From Brockia lithotrophica (GTDB lineage Bacteria > Bacillota > Bacilli > Thermicanales > DSM-22653): 64,000 bases of DNA. Within the stretch, counting starts at the first letter, position 1. Every line of letters starts with the position of its first letter. The notes under the pieces are model-generated. The model had not been told where the DNA came from, ran no database searches, and was given only the letters and a program-made list of their open reading frames with translations. The position numbers were made by a program, and so were the translations under genes. The stretch covers positions 87,347-151,346 of the forward strand of contig PEBW01000003.1 in assembly GCA_003050565.1 (NCBI GenBank), read 5' to 3'. Below, piece after piece: positions 50,060 through 62,117 of the stretch.

Positions 50060-51409
50060 TCACGGGTTCGTTTGGGCGAGCGCGGCGAGAAATTCCCGGT
50101 AGGCGAGGAAGGCCCGCACCAGTTCTCCCTGAGAAGTCTGAAGCCGGTCTTTGTCCGGCTTCTCCACGTACTTCACCATGCCGGCAACCGCCGCGTCGAG
50201 GTGGGTGCGCATTCCCGCCATCGCGGAAGCAGAAGCCCCGTTCAGACGTTTTTCGAGGGTTTCCCCCCGTACGCGGAAACGGTCGGCGGCTTCCCGGAAC
50301 TCCTGCCACGCCTCTTCGTCGATCACGACCGGGCCCTCAACGCCCGCCGCCGTCCACATGGACGTCTTTTCGACCAAGAACGTGAAGGCGGTGAGGAAGT
50401 CGCCGAGTGCCTGCGACGTCTCCGCGTCGCTCGCAGAGAGGTTTACGTCCTGCTCGGGGACTGTGTACGCCTTGACGTACACCTCGACGCCAAGATCGTC
50501 GTACGCCCGCGCGAGGAGGCGGGCATCGGCCTCGCGCACCGCCAACCCCGCGAACAGGCGATGCACGTCTTCCGCCGCCGCGACGGGAGTTACCCCCTTG
50601 GCCTTTAACTCGGAGGCTGCAGCTTCCGCCTTTGCCGCGTCTTGGTAGGCCCCTACCTGGAGGAGGTAAAAGCGTTGCGGGGCGAGGTGAACGGTCCCCG
50701 GAACGGTCGGAGAACTCGCCCGGGGACTCGCCGCATCTTCGGGAAGTCTGTGGAGATCCGAGTGCGCCATGAGCCAGAGGACGACGTACCCGAGGAACAG
50801 GCCGAGCACCACCGCCGCGAGAATCGTCCAAATCCAGGCAAGGACCTCGCTCCGGCGCCGGCGAAACGCCGAAGGTGTGAGCACGTACGCCTTCGGGGAC
50901 TCGAGGGGAATCTCCCGCCTTCCCCGTACCACAAACCCGTGAGGTTCCTTCGGGGAAAATTCTTTTTCCGGGGACAAAAGACCGCGGGCGTTCCCTTCCT
51001 CTCCCTCGGACAACCCGACGAACCAAGTTTCTTCGGGTGCCAAGTCACCCGAAGGTACGGTGACGAGCACGCCGCCCGCGGACGAAGAGGGCATCCGCTC
51101 CCCCTGCAGCCGTACCCCGTCCGCGCGGTCTTCCCCGCCTTCCTGCGAGAGGCGTTCTCCGGGTCCCGCATCTCCCTCCCGAGGTGCGGGTGACGGGCGC
51201 CCGTCGCGGGGGCGTTCCTTTCCGTACAAGCGGCGGAAGACGGAAGTGGTCTCGGCCGCGCCGGCGCCTTGGCGAATCCACGGACGCGGGGGGGCGGACG
51301 TACCCGGCGAGTCGCCTCCCCGGCGCGAACGTCCCGTCTCTACGACTACCTGCGGTCTTGAAGGACGAAAGCCCCGCTCGCGAAAACCGCCGGTCGATTC
51401 ATCGGTCAT
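50060..51409 (-). CDS. bitopic membrane protein with periplasmic SPOR domain and helical C-terminal domain
   Basis: ATG 51409 lies 7 nt after GGGGAGG. Charged low-complexity N-terminal region, TM segment (WIWTILAAVVLGLFLGYVVLWL), then SPOR-like YLLQVGAYQDAAKAEAAASELKAKGV...RLFAGL. Confidence 0.75.
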   Translation of the reverse strand: MTDESTGGFRERGFRPSRPQVVVETGRSRRGGDSPGTSAPPRPWIRQGAGAAETTSVFRRLYGKERPRDGRPSPAPREGDAGPGERLSQEGGEDRADGVRLQGERMPSSSAGGVLVTVPSGDLAPEETWFVGLSEGEEGNARGLLSPEKEFSPKEPHGFVVRGRREIPLESPKAYVLTPSAFRRRRSEVLAWIWTILAAVVLGLFLGYVVLWLMAHSDLHRLPEDAASPRASSPTVPGTVHLAPQRFYLLQVGAYQDAAKAEAAASELKAKGVTPVAAAEDVHRLFAGLAVREADARLLARAYDDLGVEVYVKAYTVPEQDVNLSASDAETSQALGDFLTAFTFLVEKTSMWTAAGVEGPVVIDEEAWQEFREAADRFRVRGETLEKRLNGASASAMAGMRTHLDAAVAGMVKYVEKPDKDRLQTSQGELVRAFLAYREFLAALAQTNP

Positions 51410-51538
51410 GCTACCGCCTCCCCACCGAACGCTTCGATCCAGGTATATGCGTCGGTGGACAAACCGATGCCGATGTGACGGCACCGGGAGAGGAGAACCG
51501 GCGTCCGCAAGTTCTCCCCGCCTCCGAGGCGGCGACGT

Positions 51539-52561
51539 TTACGGAAGGTAGAGGGCGGCAACCTCGGGGTCCAAGAGCCCTGCGCGGAGCTTTTCTTCGA
51601 TGTCCTGGCGGAAGGATTGCATCCCCAGCGCCCGACCCGTTTCCAGGAGCGTAGGGATTTGGTGCGTGTTCCCTTGGCGAATGAGGTTTTTTACCGCGGG
51701 GGTATTCACCAGGAGCTCCGCGACGAGCACGAGTCCGCGCCCTCCCGCTCTGGGTAAGAGGCGCTGGGACAACACGCTGCGGAGCGTCGCGGCGAGTTCG
51801 ACGCGGATCTGCCGCTGCTGTTCCGGAGGAAAGACGTCTACGATGCGGTCGATCGTCTGGGCCGCGTCGTTCGTGTGCAAGGTGGCGAGCACGAGGTGTC
51901 CGGTCTCCGCGGCGGTGAGGGCGGTGCGAATCGTTTCGAGGTCGCGCATTTCGCCGACGAGGATCACGTCCGGATCTTGGCGCAGGGTGGCACGTAGCGC
52001 CTTGGAGAAATCTGTAAAGTCCAGCCCGAACTCGCGCTGGTGGATCACGGAGCGTTTCTCGACAAACACGTACTCCACGGGGTCTTCGAGCGTGACGATG
52101 TGCCGCCGTTCCGTGCGGTTCATGCGTTCGACGAGGGCGGCGAGGGTCGTCGACTTCCCGCTCCCCGTGGGACCCGTCACGAGGACGAGCCCGTCTCGAT
52201 ACGCCAACCACTCTTCCACGCGTGCGGGCAAGCCGAGACTCTCGAGCTCGGGAATCTCTTCCTGGAGGCGACGCGCCGCGAGGGACGTCCGCCCCAAGGA
52301 GCGGTAAAAGTGGAGCCGAAAGCGCCCGCCTCCGGGGGCGGCGAAGGAAGCGTCCACCTCTTCTCCCCGCCGCCACCCTTCGAGCTTCCGTTCCCCGGCG
52401 ACTTCCTCGAGGAAACTCTCCAGGTCTTCCGCCGAAACCACCGACGCGAGGCGTTCGAGGCGCCCGTGCACGCGCAAGATCGCCGGCTCGCCGGCCGTGA
52501 CGTGGAGGTCCGTCGCCCCCCGTCCGACGGCCTCGGCAAAGAGGTCGAGGAAGCTCCGCAT
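51539..52561 (-). CDS. pilT: type IV pilus retraction ATPase PilT
   Basis: GPTGSGKSTTLAAL Walker A, ILVGEMRD, GHLVLATLHTND PilT signature. Start at ATG 52561, or at 52585 overlapping the upstream stop. Confidence 0.92.
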   Translation of the reverse strand: MRSFLDLFAEAVGRGATDLHVTAGEPAILRVHGRLERLASVVSAEDLESFLEEVAGERKLEGWRRGEEVDASFAAPGGGRFRLHFYRSLGRTSLAARRLQEEIPELESLGLPARVEEWLAYRDGLVLVTGPTGSGKSTTLAALVERMNRTERRHIVTLEDPVEYVFVEKRSVIHQREFGLDFTDFSKALRATLRQDPDVILVGEMRDLETIRTALTAAETGHLVLATLHTNDAAQTIDRIVDVFPPEQQRQIRVELAATLRSVLSQRLLPRAGGRGLVLVAELLVNTPAVKNLIRQGNTHQIPTLLETGRALGMQSFRQDIEEKLRAGLLDPEVAALYLP

Positions 52562-52581
52562 CCTCTGCCCCCCTCTTCCCT

Positions 52582-54531
52582 TCATGCATCTTCGGGTCCG
52601 GCGGACACGTGAAGGGTGTACCGGCCCACGCGGTTGCGCCCGCGGAACTTGGCGCCGAAGTACATCGCGCGGTCGGCGTTTCGTACGAGGTCTTCGAGTT
52701 CCTCGGCGCTTTCCGGATACGCCGCGACGCCGATGCTCACCGTGCGGTGGAGGGTGACGAGGTCGCCGGCCCCCAAAAAGTTGGGAAAGCTCACGGGGGT
52801 GGCCGCCACCTCGGCGCGAAGCTCCTCGGCGATCAGCGCGGCCTCGGCCTCGGTGTATCCGGGAAATACGAGGACGAATTCTTCGCCGCCGTAGCGATAT
52901 GCGTACCCACCGCGCCGTTCGGCGAACTCCTTAAGGACTTGGGCGATCTTGCGTAAGACAATGTCGCCGGCGATGTGCCCGAATGTGTCGTTCACGGGCT
53001 TAAAGCGATCGATGTCCACCATGAGGAGGGCGATGGGCATCCCCCGCTCCCCGAGGGCGCGAAAGGCGGCGAAGTCGCGGTCGAGCGCGCGGTAGTTGGG
53101 AAGTCCCGTAAGGAGGTCTTCGTTTTGCCGCTTTACGATGTCGAAATAGGCAAAGGCGAGGGCAAAGGCGTCGCCTACGTCTTGTCCAAAAAGGGAGAGA
53201 AAGAGCTCCGTCCCTGCCGTCGAAAACGCCCGCGCGCCGTAGAGAAAGACGTATCCGTACACGCCCCCACCCGCATCGCCCGAGGCGACCGAAGGGTGCC
53301 CTCCTTCCCGGAACCGCCCCGCGCCGGTAAAGGAGAAAAAGAGGGCTTCCTTCCCTTCCAGCGTGGTGATCGGCCGTACCTCCTCCTTCCCCCAAGGAGA
53401 GGGTAAGGCGGCGAGGGGCTCGGAGCGCAGGGCAAACTCGTGCGTACCGTCCTCGCGGACTTCGAGGTACGCCTGCTGGCGCGTAACGGGGGAGTATACG
53501 CGGACGACGAGGCGCATGCGCGGGAAAAAACGCGATGCCACGCGCGCCGCCTCTTCCGCCACCCGGGAAAACTCGAGTTCACGGCGCAAACCGCGCGAGG
53601 CCAAGAGGTAGAGGCGATAGGACTCCTTTTCCTGCCAAACGGCGAGGAGCCGGCGGGCGCCCGCGGCGAGGAGGAGGTAGGTCCCCCACCCCACGAACCA
53701 CAAGGCGACGACCCGCCGGACATCTCCGCCCACGGGAAAGGCAAAAAGCCAAAACACGCTCCAGCCGTAGGCGAAGAGGAGGACGACGACCACCCAGGGT
53801 CGGACGGAGGGCGGGGCCGCGCCGCACCGCCAAAAGGAAGCGTGTGCGGCCACGAAGCGGTGTCCGATCCCGCAACACGCGAACAGGCCCCCCGTGCGGA
53901 AGAGGAGGAGGACGGCGGTCACGGCGAGGCTCTCCCCAAGCGAAGAAACCACCGGACCCGGCGCAAAAAAGGAAGGAACAGAGGTGGGAGCAAGGGCGAA
54001 CTTCACGAGCCAGAGGCCGATCGCCCCGAACAGGGACATCCCGGCGAAGAGCGCGAGAAGGGAAAAGGCCTTGCGCGCGCCGTGGGGCCGAATCCCCAAA
54101 ATCGCCCCTACGGCCACGAGCTGCCCGAAGAAGAACTCGGCCAAGGGACCGTACGCGTAGAGGAGAAAGAGAGCCGGGGCGACATCCCAAAAGAGGTACA
54201 CCCGCCGGTCCACGAACGAGAGCCAACCGAGAAGGGGCGCAGCAACCCAGAGGAGGATGGGAACGATCGCCGTCGCCCCTGCCCCCTCGGAGGTCACTCC
54301 ACCTTCTCCGCCCACGCGAAAGGCCAAGCCGAGAAGCACCACACCGGCGGCGTAGAGCACTGCAGCTACGCGTCCTTCGCCCTTTCCCACAGCGTCGGGT
54401 CCCACTCCATCCTCGACGTCTCGTCTCGGGGCACCTACGCACCTGCGGAACTGCGACGCCCTTCCCTCCCGGATTTTCCTCGAGGAGAAGGCGCGCGTTT
54501 CCCACGCTCTCGTTCCCCCGATTGCCTTCAT
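52582..54531 (-). CDS. diguanylate cyclase (GGDEF) with a large polytopic N-terminal membrane sensor
   Basis: LTGLPNYRAL...MVDIDRFKPVNDTFGHIAGD...RYGGEEFVLVF (GGEEF active site). About 9 TM segments N-terminally. The true start is uncertain because ATG 54531 has no SD. Confidence 0.88.
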   Translation of the reverse strand: MKAIGGTRAWETRAFSSRKIREGRASQFRRCVGAPRRDVEDGVGPDAVGKGEGRVAAVLYAAGVVLLGLAFRVGGEGGVTSEGAGATAIVPILLWVAAPLLGWLSFVDRRVYLFWDVAPALFLLYAYGPLAEFFFGQLVAVGAILGIRPHGARKAFSLLALFAGMSLFGAIGLWLVKFALAPTSVPSFFAPGPVVSSLGESLAVTAVLLLFRTGGLFACCGIGHRFVAAHASFWRCGAAPPSVRPWVVVVLLFAYGWSVFWLFAFPVGGDVRRVVALWFVGWGTYLLLAAGARRLLAVWQEKESYRLYLLASRGLRRELEFSRVAEEAARVASRFFPRMRLVVRVYSPVTRQQAYLEVREDGTHEFALRSEPLAALPSPWGKEEVRPITTLEGKEALFFSFTGAGRFREGGHPSVASGDAGGGVYGYVFLYGARAFSTAGTELFLSLFGQDVGDAFALAFAYFDIVKRQNEDLLTGLPNYRALDRDFAAFRALGERGMPIALLMVDIDRFKPVNDTFGHIAGDIVLRKIAQVLKEFAERRGGYAYRYGGEEFVLVFPGYTEAEAALIAEELRAEVAATPVSFPNFLGAGDLVTLHRTVSIGVAAYPESAEELEDLVRNADRAMYFGAKFRGRNRVGRYTLHVSAGPEDA

Positions 54532-54630
54532 GGCTAGTGTAGCTTAGGTCAACGGGCCTAGCAAGAGGAGGAGCCTCCTAGGCATTCCGGGGTTCACGGT
54601 CCTGCGGATCGCAGGGACGGAGCGCGTCGC

Positions 54631-56034
54631 CTACCTTCCCGACGTTGCCCTCCCCTGCTCCACCCACCTCTCGCCGAGTCGCCGCACGTCGCCGGCTCCC
54701 AACGTGAGGAGGAGGTCGCCCGGGCGCAGCGTCGCTTCGAGCCAGGCAAGGGCGACGTCGAGCGAAGGAAGGTAAGCCGCGGGAACGCCGCTCTCGCGGG
54801 CAATTCCTTCGACGAATTCCCACCCTTCGATCGCGAATTCCTTGCGGTCGTTCTTGGGCGAGTACACGGGAAGGACGAGGACGAGGTCGGCATGGCGGAA
54901 GGCGGGCAAGAACTCGCGAAAGAGGTAGTAGGCACGCGCCCGGCGGTGCGGCTGAAAGACGGCCACCACGCGCCGTCCGGTTTCGCGCGCCGTCGCCAGC
55001 GTCGCGGCGATCTCCGTCGGATGGACGGCGTAATCGTCCACGGCGAGTACCCCGTGCGCTTCCCCGAGGACCTCAAAGCGCCGGTGCACTCCGGGGTAGC
55101 GCGCGAGGTGCCGGGCGATTTCCTCCGCGGCAATCCCCAGACGGCGGAGGACGGCGTACGCGGCGAGGGCATTGTACACGTGGTGTCGGCCGTAGATTCC
55201 GAGGCTCACCTCGGCCGCGGGGATCCCTCCCTCTCGAATGCGGAAGCGGTACTTTCCCCCTTGGGAGACGAGCGCTTCCCCGCGGACCTCGACGTCTTCG
55301 GCGACGAGCGCGTAGCGGACGACTTCCGGAAAGCGTCCGGAACAGCGCGCCTTGGCCTTGGCGAGGATCTCCCGGACGGAAGGGTCGTCCCAACCCGCGA
55401 CCAGGGTGCCATCGGGACGGACGCGGCACACGAACTCTTCGAAGGCATCCCGGAGGGAGACGAAGGATCCGCCGTAGTTTTCGAGGTGATCGCTTTCCAG
55501 GTTCGTGAGGACGGCTACCGAGGGGGCGTACTTGAGGAAGGTGCGGTCGCTTTCATCCGCCTCGGCGACGACGAGGTCCCCCTTCCCCGCGCGGGCGTTC
55601 CCCGCTTCGCCTATGATCTCCCCCCCGATCAGGTACGTCGGATCGGCTCCCGCTTCCCGGAGGACGAAGGCGATCATCGCCGTGGTCGTCGTCTTGCCGT
55701 GGGAACCGGCGACGGCGACGCCGCGCGCCTCGTTGAGCAGCAGGGCGAGGAGATCGGAGCGGTGGAAGAGGGGCAATCCCCGCCGCGCCGCCTCGACGAA
55801 TTCGACGTTGTCTTCGGGGACGTCGGACGTGTAGACGACCGCCTCCGCCCCGTTCACGTGCTCGGGTCTGTGGCCGACGTATACCGTGGCGCCCTCCTCC
55901 CGAAGGACGCGGAGGATCGGTCGGTCCGCCACGTCCGAGCCGCTCACCCGCACGCCGCGGGCGAGGAAGACGCGGGCCAGGGCGCTCATCCCCGTCCCTC
56001 CGATGCCTATGAAGTGGAGGTGGCGAACGTTCAT
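54631..56034 (-). CDS. murC: UDP-N-acetylmuramate--L-alanine ligase
   Basis: HFIGIGGTGMSALA, VAGSHGKTTTT, DESDRTF. Confidence 0.96.
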   Translation of the reverse strand: MNVRHLHFIGIGGTGMSALARVFLARGVRVSGSDVADRPILRVLREEGATVYVGHRPEHVNGAEAVVYTSDVPEDNVEFVEAARRGLPLFHRSDLLALLLNEARGVAVAGSHGKTTTTAMIAFVLREAGADPTYLIGGEIIGEAGNARAGKGDLVVAEADESDRTFLKYAPSVAVLTNLESDHLENYGGSFVSLRDAFEEFVCRVRPDGTLVAGWDDPSVREILAKAKARCSGRFPEVVRYALVAEDVEVRGEALVSQGGKYRFRIREGGIPAAEVSLGIYGRHHVYNALAAYAVLRRLGIAAEEIARHLARYPGVHRRFEVLGEAHGVLAVDDYAVHPTEIAATLATARETGRRVVAVFQPHRRARAYYLFREFLPAFRHADLVLVLPVYSPKNDRKEFAIEGWEFVEGIARESGVPAAYLPSLDVALAWLEATLRPGDLLLTLGAGDVRRLGERWVEQGRATSGR

Positions 56035-56041
56035 CGCGTGG

Positions 56042-57448
56042 TCAGTCCTTCCCAGGGGGGATTGCCGGGGTTCGCGGCGCGCGTTCCTCGACCCCCAAAA
56101 CGCTGTGCGCAAACCCCCGGAGTTCCCCCACGAGGTAGAGAGAACCGCAGACGACGAGGGGTACTCCCGCCTGGCGAGCGCCCGCGAGGGCCTCGAGAAA
56201 CGCCCCTTGCGGGTCTTCGTTTATCCATACGTCCAACCGCGGGGCGATCATGCGCACGTGCGCGGCGAGAACGTCGGGGGACATCGCCCGCGATCCGGTG
56301 TAGCGCGTGACGAACGCCGCACGGGCGAGTGGAAGCAGGGGGCGGAGGATCTCCGAAACGTCCTTGTCCGCCGAGGTGGCGAGGAGAAAGACCGCGCGAG
56401 GCTCGGCAGCCCCCCGGGCCAAGACGTTCGAAAGCGCTTCGGCCAGAGCGCGGGCTCCTTCGGGGTTGTGGGCACCGTCGAGCCACACGTCCGGGGGAAG
56501 AAACTCGAGCCGTCCCTTGTGGCGCACCGCGGCGAGCCCAAGGCGTACCGCCTCGTCGGGCAGGGGAATTCCGACGGCGCGGGCGAGGAGCTCGCCGGCG
56601 AGGACGGCGACGGCGGTATTTTGCGCCTGGTGCGCTCCGGCGAGTCCGGGGACGAGGTTCGGGCGCGTACCCCAGGGCCCGCGGTAGGTGAAGCGCACGG
56701 CACCCGGAAACGCGTCGCAAGGGACGACGTCTTCCGCCGCATAGTCGCGCCCCCAGAGAAACACCGGTGCCCCACGCGCCTCCGCCTCGGCGAGGACGAC
56801 CTCCCTCGCCTCGGGGGGAAGGGGGCCCACGACGACGGGCACGCCGGGTTTGAGGATCCCCGCCTTTTCCCGGGCGATGTCCCGGAGCGTCGGTCCGAGG
56901 ATGTGCACGTGGTCGTACCCGACGGTCGTGATCGCCGCCACCTTGGGGTGGAGGGCATTCGTGGCGTCGAGGCGGCCGCCCAGTCCCACCTCCACGGCGG
57001 CGAGGTCCACGCCTTCGCGGAGGAATGCGTACCACGCGAGGGCGGTCATGACCTCGAATTCCGTGGGGACGAGGCCGCGGGCGGCGAGCCGCGGAAGCAC
57101 CGTCTCCACCTCGCGGCGAAAGGCCGCGAGCGTCTCCGTGCGCACGGGAGCGCCGTCGACCTCCACGCGTTCCCAGTAATCCTCCAAATGCGGCGACGTG
57201 TAGACGCCGACACGACGTCCCGCCGCGGAAAAGATCGCCGCCACCGTGCGCGTCACGGACCCTTTGCCGTTCGTCCCCGCCACGTGCACAGCCGGCACGG
57301 CGTCCCGGGGAAGACCGAGGGCGGCGAGGAGGGCTTCGATCCGTTCGAGTCCGAGGGCGCTCCCCTCGGGGGCAAAGGATTTCACCCAGGCGAGGTGGGC
57401 GGCACGTTCTTCCGCCTCCCCGCCGATTGCACGCCGCACGTCCTCCAC
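56042..57448 (-). CDS. folC: bifunctional folylpolyglutamate synthase/dihydrofolate synthase
   Basis: HVAGTNGKGS P-loop, SPHLEDYWERV, EVGLGGRLDATN, LDGAHNPEGA. GTG 57448 follows GGGGAAAGGGGG, just downstream of the valS stop. Confidence 0.93.
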   Translation of the reverse strand: MEDVRRAIGGEAEERAAHLAWVKSFAPEGSALGLERIEALLAALGLPRDAVPAVHVAGTNGKGSVTRTVAAIFSAAGRRVGVYTSPHLEDYWERVEVDGAPVRTETLAAFRREVETVLPRLAARGLVPTEFEVMTALAWYAFLREGVDLAAVEVGLGGRLDATNALHPKVAAITTVGYDHVHILGPTLRDIAREKAGILKPGVPVVVGPLPPEAREVVLAEAEARGAPVFLWGRDYAAEDVVPCDAFPGAVRFTYRGPWGTRPNLVPGLAGAHQAQNTAVAVLAGELLARAVGIPLPDEAVRLGLAAVRHKGRLEFLPPDVWLDGAHNPEGARALAEALSNVLARGAAEPRAVFLLATSADKDVSEILRPLLPLARAAFVTRYTGSRAMSPDVLAAHVRMIAPRLDVWINEDPQGAFLEALAGARQAGVPLVVCGSLYLVGELRGFAHSVLGVEERAPRTPAIPPGKD

Positions 57449-57467
57449 GAGAGGGGCCCCCTTTCCC

Positions 57468-60293
<2,826 letters not shown>

Positions 60294-60855
60294 CGAACCG
60301 TCCCTCCTCGATCTCGGCGTTTTCGCTCCACGGCGCGCCGTGCTCCGGCAACAAATCAAACGTCACGCGGGGCGCGGCTGCTGGGGGCCCACGACACGAG
60401 ACGCGGCGAACCCCCGCCGCCCCGAAGCGGGGAAAGCGCAAAGGGGGGGCCGTCCTCGAAAGGACGAAGACCCCCCCCGCCTTCGCGGTACCACCTTTCT
60501 TCGCCCGTGCCCCGAGGGATCGTGCGCTTCGGGTGGGGGAAACGGCTTTTCCCCTTGGAGAAACATTTCCGAGGCAAATCCCCGATGCGCGAACACAGGC
60601 GCTCTCGCCGGCCGATAACGGGGCCAACCGGCATTCCCTTGTCACCCGAGGCGAAAGCGGAGAACGGACGGCCAAGACCGTCTCCCGACGGATCGACCGC
60701 GTTCCCCGAACCCGATCCCCGAGCTTCGCGGTGCCGCTCCGGGGCCACCTTCTCCGGGCCGACCCGGGGGTCCTCTCAGCCTCGGGAACCCCTCTCTGCA
60801 CGGGCCTTCTCCCGGGTACTCCTCCCCATCCTCGCGTGTCCGGGATGAATTTTTC
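60294..60855 (-). promoter_or_regulatory. T-box riboswitch leader of valS-folC-murC
   Basis: Stem I elements on the minus strand: K-turn CGC/GAGGAU/GGGG...CCCC/GGA/GCG, AGUA, AGAGA bulge, GCUGAGA distal loop. Specifier loop AGAAGGUGG (60753-60745). T-box sequence AAAGGUGGUACCGCG (60498-60484). Terminator hairpin 60443-60478. Confidence 0.8.
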
Positions 60856-60862
60856 GTTTTTC

Positions 60863-60891
60863 ATCTTACGCATTTTCCGCCCGACAGTCAA
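60863..60891 (-). promoter_or_regulatory. sigma-A promoter of the valS T-box leader
   Basis: Minus strand reads TTGACT (60891-60886), 17 nt, TAAGAT (60868-60863). Confidence 0.7.
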
Positions 60892-61046
60892 AGGAACGGG
60901 CCATGCCCTACGATACCCTCTCGCCGCTTCGGACGCCTCGGGATGGCGTTCGCCAACTCCCCGCCTTCCGTTCGGAAAGCGCGAACGCCAAAGTCCCCTT
61001 CCCCTGATAGGATAAAAGCGCAAAGCCGCCGCAGGAGGTGTGCCCG

Positions 61047-62117
61047 ATGTCCCAAACCATGCCGGGGGTCTCGAAGGACAACCGCGCCCCCGCCACCCAA
61101 GCCTCTCGGGCGCGCCTCCAAAACGCCCGAGGGTTCTTCCAAGGCCTCGTCCTCGCCCTGCTCCTCGCCTACTCCTCCCTCCTCCTCGCGAACCTCCCCG
61201 GCCTCAAGGTCTTCGGCCCCATGGTCCTCGCCATTCTCGTGGGGATGGCGTGGCGAGAGCTCATGGACGTCCCCGCATCCGCCTTTGTGGGGATCCGGTT
61301 TGCCGCCCAACGGCTCCTGCGCGCCGGGATCGTCCTCCTCGGAATGCGCCTCACCCTGGGAGACATCCTCGGGCTCGGGATTCTCCCCCTCCTCCTCGCG
61401 GTGGCGTCCATCGCCCTCGCCTTTGGGACGACGCTCGCCCTCGCCCGCCGCTTCGCCCTCGAACGGCGACTCGGAGTCCTAACGGCGAGCGGCGTCTCGG
61501 TATGCGGGGCCGCCGCCGTCCTCGCCGTCGCCCCCCAGGTTCGGGCAAACGAGAGCGAGACGGCCGCGGCCGTCGCGAGCGTGGCCTTCCTCGGCACGAT
61601 CTTTACCGTCCTCGACCTCCTCGTCCTTCCCGGGATCCCCTGGACGGACCTCGGCCGAGGGACTTTCCTCGGCGCCACGCTGCACGAGGTGGCCCACGTC
61701 GTCGCCGCGGCCTATCCCTTTGGCCACGCGGTGACGAACGTCGCGCTTCTCGTCAAGCTAACCCGCGTCGCGCTCCTCGTCCCCATCGCCCTGGGGATCG
61801 GGCTCTTCTGGCGGGAAGAACCGGCGTCGTCGGTTTCCCCCGACAAACGGCGGGCGCGACCGCCCTTCCCTTGGTTTGTCTTGGGATTTCTCGCCGTCGC
61901 CCTTCTCGGGAGTTTCGTCCCCGTACCGCCTTCCGTGCGGCAGGGGACGATCGACCTCGCCACCTTCCTCCTCACCACCGCCATGGCGGCCATCGGCCTG
62001 AGCGCAGACTTCGTCACGCTCCGCCGCCTAGGATACCGGGCCTTTGCCGTCGGCGCGCTTGCGAGCATCCTCCTCGTCCTCGTCGACGGCCTTCTCGTCA
62101 CCCTCCTCCTCCGCTGA
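61047..62117 (+). CDS. YeiH/UPF0324 family membrane protein (putative sulfate exporter family)
   Basis: RFAAQRLLRAGIVLLGMRLTL and TASGVSVCGAAAVLAVAP are typical of YeiH. ATG 61047 lies 6 nt after GGAGGTG. Confidence 0.88.
   Translation: MSQTMPGVSKDNRAPATQASRARLQNARGFFQGLVLALLLAYSSLLLANLPGLKVFGPMVLAILVGMAWRELMDVPASAFVGIRFAAQRLLRAGIVLLGMRLTLGDILGLGILPLLLAVASIALAFGTTLALARRFALERRLGVLTASGVSVCGAAAVLAVAPQVRANESETAAAVASVAFLGTIFTVLDLLVLPGIPWTDLGRGTFLGATLHEVAHVVAAAYPFGHAVTNVALLVKLTRVALLVPIALGIGLFWREEPASSVSPDKRRARPPFPWFVLGFLAVALLGSFVPVPPSVRQGTIDLATFLLTTAMAAIGLSADFVTLRRLGYRAFAVGALASILLVLVDGLLVTLLLR

Noticed and set aside
60722-60752. A second T-box-like sequence (GGUGG...GCACCGCGAAG) suggesting tandem T-boxes
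   Set aside because: The two halves are separated by 10 nt, and they coincide with the Specifier loop and the K-turn base of Stem I of the single T-box. The resemblance to the true T-box (60484-60498) appears fortuitous.
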